Source of the DNA: an uncultured Actinomycetes bacterium
GTDB taxonomy: Bacteria; Actinomycetota; Thermoleophilia; UBA2241
Assembly (NCBI GenBank): GCA_963709345.1
Contig: CAVPVX010000007.1
Span: forward strand, 32,001 to 96,000
DNA length: 64,000 bases
Direction: 5' to 3'
Both the position numbers and the translations under genes were made by a program. Below, piece by piece: positions 1 through 8,888 of this stretch. A model generated the notes under the pieces. That model saw only the letters and a program-made list of their open reading frames with translations, did not search any database and was not told the DNA's origin. The number at the start of each line of letters is the position of its first letter. Position 1 is the stretch's first letter.

Positions 1-865
1 CGACGGTCAGCTCTGGAGCGCGCACGCCCATGCACGGTTGCGCGCGCCCGTAGGCGTCCACGCTCACGCCGTGCCCGGCGCCGCAGGCGAAGAGCACGTC
101 GCCCGGCGGGCCCATGAACTTGCCGCCGAACTCCGCCATGCTCCGCGCGGTACTCCTCCGGCCGGCGGGTCAGCACGGCCAGCACCTGGTCCGGGTCGAG
201 CCGCAGCCGCCGGATCAGCTCGTTCTTCGCCTCGTCGTCGCGCCGGTTGCGCAGGTCGAACGACATCGAGTAGCCGGGCGGCTTGTCCATCCAGGGGATG
301 GTGGCCGCCCAGGCCTCGAACTCCTCCACCTCATCGCGGTTGGGCGGCAGCAGTGCGCGCCTTGAGCACGAAGGGCACGCTGCGGTCGAGCAGCAGGTCC
401 ACCCCGCGGCGGAACTGGGCGAAGGAGCCGGGCACGCGCGTCACCGCCTCGTAGGACTCCGCGCGCATGCCGTACACCGTGACCTCGACGGTCACGAGCG
501 GCGGCACGCGCGCCAGCAGATCGGCCAGCTCCCGGCGTGATCCGCCGCGCGTTGGTGAAGAGCAGCACCTTCAGCCCAAGGCGCCGGGCGTAGAGGTAGA
601 GCTCCTCGAAGTCGGGGCGCAGCAGCGGCTCGCCGCCGGTGTAGCGGACCTGCAGGCAGCCGAGCGCGGCGGCCTCGTCGAGGATGTCCTCGACCTGCGC
701 CGTGGTCAGCTCGCGGGCGCGCGCCTCACGGTCGCCGGCCGGCAGGTTGATGCAGCAGTGGATGCAGTCGTTGTCGCAGCGCTCGGTGAGCTCGATGTCG
801 AGCTGACCGAGGCGCGAGCCGAGCGGCCGTTCGAGGCGCGTGACGCGGCGGACGTAGTCGCTCAT
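1..865 (-). CDS. Radical SAM/SPASM peptide maturase #2 (partial, runs off the left edge; apparent frameshifts)
   Basis: ATG at 865 gives MSDYVRRV...ELTERCDNDCIHCC (CxxxCxxC), YTGGEPLLRPDF and LFTNA. Other frames continue the protein to the SPASM start LFACGAGHGVSVDAYGRAQPC at about 1-110. Confidence 0.9.
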
Positions 866-881
866 CCTCGCGCCGCTCGGG

Positions 882-1061
882 TCAACTCGACGAGCAACTC
901 TGACAGGGGTCGCCCGTGCCCGCGCAGGGGCAGCCGAAGGCGCTCCCCGGGTCGAACGAGGACTGCGGGTTCTTGCAGGTCGTGAGCACCGCCTCCCGCG
1001 GATCGGTGTGAACGAGGATGCTCAACTCGGGCCGCTTCCGCTGCGAACGCTCCTCAGGCAT
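882..1061 (-). CDS. Putative RiPP precursor peptide B (59 aa, Cys-rich C-terminal core)
   Basis: MPEERSQRKRPELSILVHTDPREAVLTTCKNPQSSFDPGSAFGCPCAGTGDPCQSCSSS. RBS GAGGGGGG precedes the ATG at 1061. It overlaps the stop of the upstream rSAM-kinase gene, and its leader aligns with precursor A. Confidence 0.85.
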   Translation of the reverse strand: MPEERSQRKRPELSILVHTDPREAVLTTCKNPQSSFDPGSAFGCPCAGTGDPCQSCSSS

Positions 1062-3179
1062 CGTTCCCCCCTCTTGAGTAGTACCGCTTGTCCACGAGGC
1101 GCTCGATCTCCGGAACGATCGCCCCGCTCCTGTCGAAGCGCATCTCGTAGGCCGGGACTTCGGCGACGAGGCGCTCCACCACGTCGAAGGTCCTGTGCCA
1201 CCACTCGGCGGTGACGAAGGGACGGATGATGCAGGCGAGGATCCGCCCGGCAACATCCTTGCGGTCCTTCAGCGGCACGAGCTCGTTGCGCTCGTCCTGC
1301 CGCAGGAAGACGAGCGCCCGCAGCGGCGCCTGCGACGCCGAGACGAGCGGCACGGTGCCGTGGCTCCACGTACCGTGGATCCAGAAACCGGGGCCGGCGG
1401 CCGGTCCCGCGGCTTGCGACGGCACCGGCGGCGGCCCTTCCGGCCACCGGCGCACGATGTTGCGGTCGTCGCAGAGCACCTCCACGCGCTCACCCAGGCG
1501 CTTCGCGCAGCAGTTCCATGGTCGTGGACTTGCCGGCCTCCGAGTGACCGATGAAGCAGCAGGCCGGCGCCGTCCAGCACGACGGCGCCCGAGTGAAGAA
1601 AGAGCCCGTCACGGTCGGCCAGCACGCGCGCCAGCAGGATCTGGTCGGTCGGGAACATGGTGACCGAGGCCAACCCTCCGCGTGCCCAGGCGTCGGAGCG
1701 CGTGACGTCGTTGTAGATGCGCGCCCGAGTGTGGTCGTCGTTGAACGTCACGACCCGATGCAGGTCGCCGGGCACGCCCTGCCGTCGTCGGCCGGCGAGA
1801 TGCCCAGGTAGACCCACGACGAGGCCTGCCGGTAGATCGGCCCACGGCGGCCGCCGGTACACCTCGCGACCCAGCTCGCGGCCGTCGCAGATCCGGCAGG
1901 CCGAAGTGGTGCCGGAGCCGGATGACGGGCAGGCCGTCGGCGCCGGCGGCCGCGCCGTCCGCATCCGGCGCCTCGAACGCCCGGAACTTCCTGAGAAGGT
2001 GTCCTCGGCGATCGGCCGGTCCGCGTCCACCTGCACCGTCATGCCGCCGATCTGCCAGGTGCGCCGGTGCTCCCGGCGCCAGTCGTCCTTGAAGCGCCGC
2101 GCCTCCTTCGCCACCTCGCACAGATACTCCACCTTCGCGCCGTGCCGGCCGTGCTCCAGGTACCCGTACACGCCGCACCAGCGGCAGTCGTCGCGCAGGT
2201 CGCAGGAGGCGCACCCTTCGAGATACTCGACGCCTCCGCACGCGCGGTCGGCCACAGCCGGGAGCTCCTCCTCCCAGATGCGCTCGAGCGCGCCCGGCGC
2301 GATGCCGCCGGCACCCCGCAGCGAGAAGCGCAGGGCGGGGTCCTTGATGAAGCTGCAGTGCGCGACGCCGCCGTACGGGTCGACGTGAAGGTCGCGGCGG
2401 CCCTCGATGCAGCGCGCGTACACGCGGTCGTCGCCGGCTGCGCCGCGCACCCCGCCGCAGGCGACGTCCGCGGCCGCTCTCGGCCACGCCGCGTCGTCGG
2501 CCGGCACGGGCTCGTCGAGGGCGATCACGTCCGCCGGGTCCAGGCGCTGCCGCGCGATCTCCGCGTTCCGCGCCGCGTCGCCGCAGGCGCTCATGAAGAG
2601 CCACGCCGCGCCGACGCGCCAGTGCGGGCTCAGCGACGCCGCCAGGTCCTTCATCCGCCTCCCACTCGTGCCAGTTGTCGCGCATGGGGATGAGCTGCAC
2701 GGTGAAGCCGGCCCCGGCCTCCGCAGGCGCGCGAACCCCTCCATGGTGGCGTCGAACGACCCGGGCGTCCTGGTGACGTGGTCGTGGACCTCGGCGGTCG
2801 CCCCGTACAGGGCGACCATCTTGTTGCCCTTGCGCGTCAGCAGCTGGGCGATCTGCGGGGTGATCAGCGCGCCGTTGGTGTTGAGCGAGTAGCCGACCGC
2901 CTTGCGCGTGACGTAGTCGAAGAGCTCGGAGAAGTCCTCGCGGAGCATCGGCTCGCCGCCGGAGATGGACCAGCGGCGCGTGCCGAGCGCGCGAGCCTGG
3001 TCGACGACCGCGCGCCACTCGTCGGTGGTCAGCTCGGCGGCGCGCTCGTCCGGCGTGTCCGCGGCCCACAGCCAGCAGTGGCGGCAGCGGTTGGAGCATC
3101 GATACGTGAGGTCGATGGAGGCTTCAAGCGGGAGGCGGGGCGACGCGGCGCAGCTAACTGACCGTCGACGTCGCTGCAC
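1054..3179 (-). CDS. Radical SAM/SPASM maturase #1 fused to a C-terminal HprK-like P-loop kinase domain (several apparent frameshifts; start approximate)
   Basis: DLTYRCSNRCRHCW, ISGGEPMLR, LNTNGAL. SPASM cysteines RCIEG..VDPYG..HC and CASCDLRDDCRWC..YLC. Then LHSGAV, Walker A GHSEAGKST (1523-1549, shifted frame), LCDDRN and GTWSHG. Ends with ORF 1054..1485. Confidence 0.85.
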
Positions 3180-3375
3180 TCGCCACGGTCGACGAGGCCG
3201 TCAGGTTCGGAGCCCAGTCGTGCAGTGCGCGCATGACCGTGGTCGCTGAGGCCGTCACGGCGGCCGGGAACAGCCCCTGTACGCCGGCGGTCTTGCACGC
3301 CGTCAGCACGCACTCCTCCGCACCGGCGCGCTGCAGCACGATCAGCCGTGGCGTCTCCCAGGATCTGGTCTCCAT
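3154..3375 (-). CDS. Putative RiPP precursor peptide A (C-terminus uncertain, possible frameshift)
   Basis: METRSWETPRLIVLQRAGAEECVLTACK... with RBS AAGGGAG. W-x-x-P-x-L leader and E-x-VLT-x-CK motif shared with precursor B. An alternative frame gives CAHCTTGLRT* at 3233-3201. Confidence 0.75.
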   Translation of the reverse strand: METRSWETPRLIVLQRAGAEECVLTACKTAGVQGLFPAAVTASATTVMRALHDWAPNLTASSTVASAATSTVS

Positions 3376-3443
3376 CTACATCTCCCTTGCCGCCTCGCGG
3401 TCGGACGGCCGCCGACCCTGGTGCACAGTCGAGTGCCATGCCG

Positions 3444-3452
3444 AGCATAGCA
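3444..3452 (-). promoter_or_regulatory. Candidate extended -10 promoter for the RiPP operon
   Basis: TGCTATGCT (TGn-TANNNT) about 70 nt upstream of precursor A. Motif match only. Confidence 0.45.
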
Positions 3453-3480
3453 CCGCGAAGCGCCGCCCCCGACGTCGGCT

Positions 3481-3876
3481 TCAGGCGCGTGCGTCTCTCG
3501 TCTGCTCGGGAAACGCCCGCAGGAGCGCCCTGTCGAAGGTGAGCACCTCCGTATCCAGGCGCTCGGCCGCGGCCACGAAGACCGCGTCGTAGACAGCGTG
3601 GTCACAGCGCAGCGCAAGCCCCACCGCGGCCCGCCACAGGTCCTGGGTAGGCAGCACACGCTCGACCAGGGACTCTCCGTGGTCGAGCGCCCCCAGGAAC
3701 TCGGCGGGGCCGACGCTCAGCCTCCTCACCCACTGCCACACCACGTTGCCGTATTCGGCAAAGAAGAGGTCGGGGACGACGATGGAGTCCGCGCTGGAGA
3801 GCGCCTGCCACGCCGGCTCGCGGTGCTCCTTGGCCCCCAGCACGGCGTAGGCGATCACGTTGGTGTCGACGATCAC
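3481..3876 (-). CDS. vapC: PIN-domain toxin (VapC/FitB family)
   Basis: MIVDTNV N-terminus, E..NV, YDAVFVAAA and LTFDRAL. 131 aa, directly downstream of an RHH antitoxin. Confidence 0.92.
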   Translation of the reverse strand: MIVDTNVIAYAVLGAKEHREPAWQALSSADSIVVPDLFFAEYGNVVWQWVRRLSVGPAEFLGALDHGESLVERVLPTQDLWRAAVGLALRCDHAVYDAVFVAAAERLDTEVLTFDRALLRAFPEQTRDARA

Positions 3877-3882
3877 GAGCAG

Positions 3883-4107
3883 TCAGCGCCGGCCCTCGTC
3901 GAGCCAGCCGTCCACGTCGCTCGCCGCTATCTCGGCCTGGTGAGCCCACCGCTCGCGGATCGCCCCGAGGACCTGATGCCGCGTGGGATACCGCGCCGCC
4001 AGGGTCGTGCGCAGTTCCTGCTCGAGAGAACGGCCGTGCGCATCGGCGGACGCCTTGATGCGCGCCAGGAGTTCGTCGGAGAGCCGTCGTATGGTCACGG
4101 AAGCCAT
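3883..4107 (-). CDS. Ribbon-helix-helix antitoxin (FitA/Arc-like)
   Basis: MASVTIRRLSDELLARIKASADAHGRSLEQELR is the typical FitA-like N-terminus. 74 aa. Confidence 0.9.
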   Translation of the reverse strand: MASVTIRRLSDELLARIKASADAHGRSLEQELRTTLAARYPTRHQVLGAIRERWAHQAEIAASDVDGWLDEGRR

Positions 4108-4137
4108 CGCTGATCACCAGAGCCAGACTACCCCTGG

Positions 4138-4167
4138 TGCCAGCATACTGCAAGCATCGTGATTGCA
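4138..4167. promoter_or_regulatory. Candidate antitoxin operator: three TGCnnGCA-like boxes at 11-bp period
   Basis: TGCCAGCA-tac-TGCAAGCA-tcg-TGATTGCA just upstream of the RHH antitoxin, resembling FitA-type TGCTATCA half-sites. Confidence 0.55.
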
Positions 4168-4289
4168 CCCTCAAGCCGGATCGAACAAGGCGCCTGGCCG
4201 CGGCAGGCCGCGCCGTTTTCGATAGTATCTGAGGCGGCCGCGCCGCCCGCAACGCGCGGCCGGCCCGGGGCTCACAGGAGGAGCGGCGG

Positions 4290-6208
4290 TTGGCCGACGC
4301 GCCACGCAGACCCAAGATCGCCGACGCCCTGCGCCTCGCCGACGCCGTGCGCCTCGTCTGGCGCGCGGCGCCCGGCTGGACGGCGCTCAACGCGGTGCTC
4401 GCCGTCCTCCAGGGCATCGTGCCGCTGCTCGCCGTGTACCTGATGAAGCTCATCGTCGACACGGTGACGGCCGGCATCGCCGACGCGGACCACGCCGCCG
4501 CCTTCCGCACCGCCGCCATGTACGTGGCGCTGGCGGCGGCGGTGGGCCTGGCGGCGGCGCTCCTGCGCTCGCTCGCCGCACTCACCTCCGAAGCGCTCGG
4601 TCAGGTCGTCACCGACCACGTGAGCGACCTCATCCACGCGCAGTCCATCGCCGTCGACCTCGAGTACTACGAGGACCCCGCCTACTACAACACGCTGCAG
4701 CGGGCGCAGGACGGAGGCGCTCGTCCCGGCCCACCAAGATCGTGAGACGGACCTGCTCACGACCGGCGCAGAGCGGCATCTCGCTGGTCTCGCGATGGCC
4801 GGCCTCCTCTTCACCCTCCACTGGAGCATGCGGCCGTCATCGTCGTCGTGGCCGGCGATCCCGGGGCCTGGGTGCGCCTGCGCTACTCGCGGCCGGCTGT
4901 ACCACTGGCAGCGCAAGCGCACGCGAGACCGAGCGCCAGGCCTGGTACTTCCACTGGCTGCTCACCGCGCGGTCGCACGCCAAGGAGGTCCGGCTCTTCG
5001 AGCTGGGCGAGCTCTTCCGGCCATCGTTACGCGCGACCTGCGCACCGTGCTCCGCGGCGAGCGCATCGGGATCGCCGCGGCAGCGCGCCCTCGCCGATGT
5101 CGGACGCCGGCGCCGTGGCCGTCGCTCGCCATCTTCGGCACCGTTCGCGTACATCGCCTGGCCGCACGGTTACCGGCAGCGATCACGCTCGGCGATTGGT
5201 CATGTACTACCAGGCCTTCCAGACGCGGCCGAGCAGTCCATGCAGGAGCGTCCTCAGGGCCTCGCCGGGCTGTACGAGGACAACCTCTTCCTCACCTACT
5301 ACCACGAGTTCATGGACCTGGAGCCGCGGGTGCTCGCGCCGAGCGGAGCCGGCGCCCGTGCCCGCGGCCGATGCGCGCAGGCGTACGCTTCGACGCCGTC
5401 GACTTCCGCTACCCGGCCGCCGACCGGACGGCTCTGAGCGGGATCGACCTCACCATCCGCCCCGGCGAGGCGTGCGGCCCTCGTCGGCGACAACGGCTCG
5501 GGCAAGACGACGCTGGTCAAGCTGCTCTGCCGGCTCTACGACCCGTCGGCCGGCAGCGATCACGCTCGACGGCGTCGATCTGCGCGAGCATGGACTGCCG
5601 AGCTGCGCCGCCAGATGAGCGTCATCTTCCAGGACTTCGTCGCAGTACCAGCTGACCGCGCGCGAGAACATCTGGGTCGGCGACGTGGATCTGCACCCGG
5701 ACGAGCCGGCCACTCGGGCGGCGGTGGAGGCCGCCGCCGGACGCCGGCGCAGACCGGCGTCATCGGCGGCCTCCGCGACGGCTACGACACCGCGCTCGGG
5801 CAAGTGGTTCGAGGACGGCGAGGAGCTCAGCATCGGCGAGTGGCAGAAGGTGGCGCTGGCCCGCGCCTTCCTCCGCGACGCGCCGATCCTGGTACTCGAC
5901 GAGCCGACCAGCGCGCTCGACCCCGAGGCCGATGGCAGGTGTTCGAGCACATCCGCCAGCTCGCCCAAGGCCGCGCGGTCGTGCTCATCAGCCACCGATT
6001 CAGCACCGTACGCAGCGCCGACCGCATCACATCCTGGATCGAGGCGGCACGGATCGTCGAGAGCGGCACGCACGAGGAGCTGCTGGCGCTCTCGGGAAGG
6101 TACGCGCAGATGTACGAGGTGCAGGCGCGCGCCTATTCCGTGGAGCCCGGCGCACCCCTGGGAGACGGCGCCGAACCCCTCGCCTCCGGCGGTCCACCCG
6201 CACAGTGA
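4290..6208 (+). CDS. ABC exporter, fused permease/ATPase (many apparent frameshifts)
   Basis: TTG start after AGGAGG. N-terminal TM segments, [17 protein letters not shown], Walker [10 protein letters not shown] (about 5485-5512), [24 protein letters not shown] and ISHRFSTVR are split across frames. Confidence 0.88.
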
Positions 6209-6267
6209 AGCGGCTCACCGCGAGCCGGGCGGCCGAAGGGCCGGGCGCCTGAGGCAGCTCGGTTGCG

Positions 6268-6459
6268 TCAGATCGGCGGCGCGAACGCGACGAAGAACGC
6301 GGCCAGCGCCACCATCAACCCGGTGACGACTGCGGCGGCGAGCGCCGCACCGCCCTCGGCCTTGTCGTCGGGGAGCTCACCGGCGGCCCACAACTCGAGC
6401 GCGGTCGCCTCCACGTACGGATCGCCGGCCTGCAGATGCTCTCTGGTGCCCATGTCCAT
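6268..6459 (-). CDS. Small hypothetical membrane protein (63 aa)
   Basis: RBS GAGGGG, C-terminal hydrophobic helix [25 protein letters not shown]-rich third codon positions. Confidence 0.55.
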   Translation of the reverse strand: MDMGTREHLQAGDPYVEATALELWAAGELPDDKAEGGAALAAAVVTGLMVALAAFFVAFAPPI

Positions 6460-6667
6460 CCCCTCGGTCGCAGCCGCTTCCGCGGCTCTTTTCCTTCTTG
6501 CCCTCTACTATCGGCGGGCCAAACGGCCGGGAGCACTGGACGAACATCTAGGGAAGCCGCCTCAGGCCGCGCGGGACGGCGGGAGCGCGGGCGGCAGGAC
6601 GGCGAGCAGGGTCGTGAGGCGACTCCGGCGCGTCTCCCGAGAGCCGGGGCGAGTGCGGCCCGTGGCG

Positions 6668-7846
6668 TCAGGCGCCGGCGCGGACGCGAGCGAGAAGCGC
6701 GTCGACGAGCTGCCCCTCGGGCAGTGTCTCGACGCGCTCGCCGTGGTCGAACAGCACGCCCTCCCCGGCCCCGGCGGCGATGCCGTAGTCGGCGTGCCTG
6801 GCCTCTTCGGGGCCGTTGACCCGGCAGCCCATGACGGCCACCGTGATCACCCGGCGGGCCAGCGCCGGCTCGGCGCCGAGCCGGCGCTCGACCTCCTCGG
6901 CGAGGCCGACGATGTCGACCTCGGTGCGCCCGCAGGTGGGGCAGCTGATCACGTCGGGGCCGCGCCGCCGGAGCCCGAGCGCGGCCAGGATCTGCCAGGC
7001 GACCCGGACCTCTTCCACTGGGTCGCCGGTCAGGCTCACGCGGACGGTGTCGCCGATGCCGTCGGCCAGCAGGGCGCCGATGCCGACGGCGCTCTTGATC
7101 GTGCCGCTCCAGACCGTGCCCGCCTCCGTCACACCAACGTGCAGCGGAGCATCGCTGCGGCCGCGCAGGAGCCGGTACGCGGCGATCGTGTCCGGCACCG
7201 ACGACGACTTGACGCTCAGCTTGTACGCCCTGAAGCCCCACTCCTCGAACTGCCCGGCCCAGCGCAATGCCGCTTCGACGAGCGCCCCCGGAGCATCGCC
7301 GGCGGCGCGGTCGCGCAGATCTCGCGGCAGCGACCCGGCGTTGACTCCGATGCGGATCGCAACGGGCACTTCGCGCACGCCGGAGCCGGCCGGCACCGCC
7401 GTCCCGGCGGCGGCGCGAACGATCTCGCGCACGTGCTTCTCCCCCATCGTCCCGGGGTTGATCCGCACCCCGGCGGCCCCGGCGTCGATGGCCGCCAGCG
7501 CCAGCCGCCAGTCGTAGTGGATATCCGCAATGATGGGCACGCGGGGCGCGGCGCGGTCGCCGTCCGCGGCCGCGGCGCGAGCGGTCGCCGGCGCGTCGCC
7601 GGACGGCGCGTCCGTCACGCGGCCGAGCGCCGGAGCCTCGCGCACGAGGTGCGCGAATGCCGGCGCCTCTTCGGCGCTCGGCAGGCTGACGCGGACGATC
7701 TCGCAGCCCGCTGCAGCCAGAGCGCGCACCTGGGCGAGCGTCGCTTCCGCGTCGCCGGTCCTGGTACAGGTCATCGACTGCACGGCGACCGGAGCGCCGC
7801 CGCCGACCGGCACCGGACCGACCATGAGGCGGTGCGCGCTACTCAC
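6668..7846 (-). CDS. ispG: 4-hydroxy-3-methylbut-2-en-1-yl diphosphate synthase
   Basis: VQSMTCT, IADIHYD, RINPG, IRIGVNAGSL, LHVGVTEAG, GIGDTVRVSL, SCPTCGR, VMGCRVNGP. GTG start at 7846. Confidence 0.97.
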   Translation of the reverse strand: MSSAHRLMVGPVPVGGGAPVAVQSMTCTRTGDAEATLAQVRALAAAGCEIVRVSLPSAEEAPAFAHLVREAPALGRVTDAPSGDAPATARAAAADGDRAAPRVPIIADIHYDWRLALAAIDAGAAGVRINPGTMGEKHVREIVRAAAGTAVPAGSGVREVPVAIRIGVNAGSLPRDLRDRAAGDAPGALVEAALRWAGQFEEWGFRAYKLSVKSSSVPDTIAAYRLLRGRSDAPLHVGVTEAGTVWSGTIKSAVGIGALLADGIGDTVRVSLTGDPVEEVRVAWQILAALGLRRRGPDVISCPTCGRTEVDIVGLAEEVERRLGAEPALARRVITVAVMGCRVNGPEEARHADYGIAAGAGEGVLFDHGERVETLPEGQLVDALLARVRAGA

Positions 7847-8888
7847 GCGGGGTCCTGCGCGACGCCGCGGGCTGAGGCTCGCCGGCGTGCATGCGGTACC
7901 ACTCCCACGTCTCCGCCAGTCCCTCGGCGAGCGTCGTGTCGGCGTCCCAGGCCAGCACCCAGCGGCCGCGGCCCACGTCGGCGCACGAGCGCTTGATGTC
8001 GCCCTCGCGGGCGGGCCCGTGCTCCACCGACAGCGAGACGCCGGTCTGCGCTTCGATCTCTCCGACGAGCTGCAGGAGGCTCGTCTCCAGCCCGGAGCCG
8101 ACATTCACGACTGACGAGCCCGTCAGCGGCCGCTGCAGAGCGCGGGCGATCGCCCACGCCACGTCGCCCACGTACACGAAGTCCCGGGTCTGCGCGCCGT
8201 CGCCGAATATGGTGACCCCGGCCCGGGCGGGCGAAGCCCCACCCGGCTCACCGCCACCCACCGCCGACGCGCCCTCGGCGGCGGCGGCGAGAAAGCGGCT
8301 GATCACGCCGGAGTAGGCCGACCCGGGATCCTGCCGCGGGCCGAAAACATTGAAGAAGCGGAGGCAGACGGCGGTGATCTGGTGTGCGTCACCGGCGCTT
8401 ACGCACGCCTCTTCGGCGGCGAGCTTGGCGCCGGCGTACGGGCTGAGCGGTCGTGCCTGCATGGTCTCGGCGACGGGCACCTGCGCCGCGTCGCCGTACA
8501 CCGCGCAACTCGACGCCAGCACGAACCTCGGCACCTCGGCGTCCACGGCCTCACGCAGCGCGTTGACCGCTCCGCCATGCGTCACCGAGTTGCAGCCCAG
8601 AGGATCCTCGAGCGAGAGGGCGACGGAGGGGATCGCCGCCAGGTGGACGACCGCGTCACAACCGGCCACGGCGTCGCGCATGCGCACCTCGTCGCGGACG
8701 TCTCCCTCGATCACCTGCAGGCCGCCGCCGTACTCGGCGGCGAGCCGCCAGGCGTCGTCGAGGTTCTCCTCCCTGCCGGTGCTGAAGTCGTCGAGCACAC
8801 GCACGTCGTCGCCCCCCGTGAGGAGTGCGTCCACCACGTGAGAGCCTATGAACCCGGCGCCGCCGGTGACGAGAGTGATTCCGCCCAT
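7839..8888 (-). CDS. NAD-dependent epimerase/dehydratase (UDP-sugar 4-epimerase-like)
   Basis: VTGGAGFIGSH, SPYAGAK (YxxxK), LRFFNVFGPRQDP, TRDFVYV. Confidence 0.93.
   Translation of the reverse strand: MGGITLVTGGAGFIGSHVVDALLTGGDDVRVLDDFSTGREENLDDAWRLAAEYGGGLQVIEGDVRDEVRMRDAVAGCDAVVHLAAIPSVALSLEDPLGCNSVTHGGAVNALREAVDAEVPRFVLASSCAVYGDAAQVPVAETMQARPLSPYAGAKLAAEEACVSAGDAHQITAVCLRFFNVFGPRQDPGSAYSGVISRFLAAAAEGASAVGGGEPGGASPARAGVTIFGDGAQTRDFVYVGDVAWAIARALQRPLTGSSVVNVGSGLETSLLQLVGEIEAQTGVSLSVEHGPAREGDIKRSCADVGRGRWVLAWDADTTLAEGLAETWEWYRMHAGEPQPAASRRTPRE

Noticed and set aside
882-3375. Precursors as lasso peptides, SCIFF/ranthipeptide or mycofactocin precursors
   Set aside because: No lasso cyclase is visible. 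The peptides lack the SCIFF CQSACKTSC motif and the MftA IDGMCGVY C-terminus.
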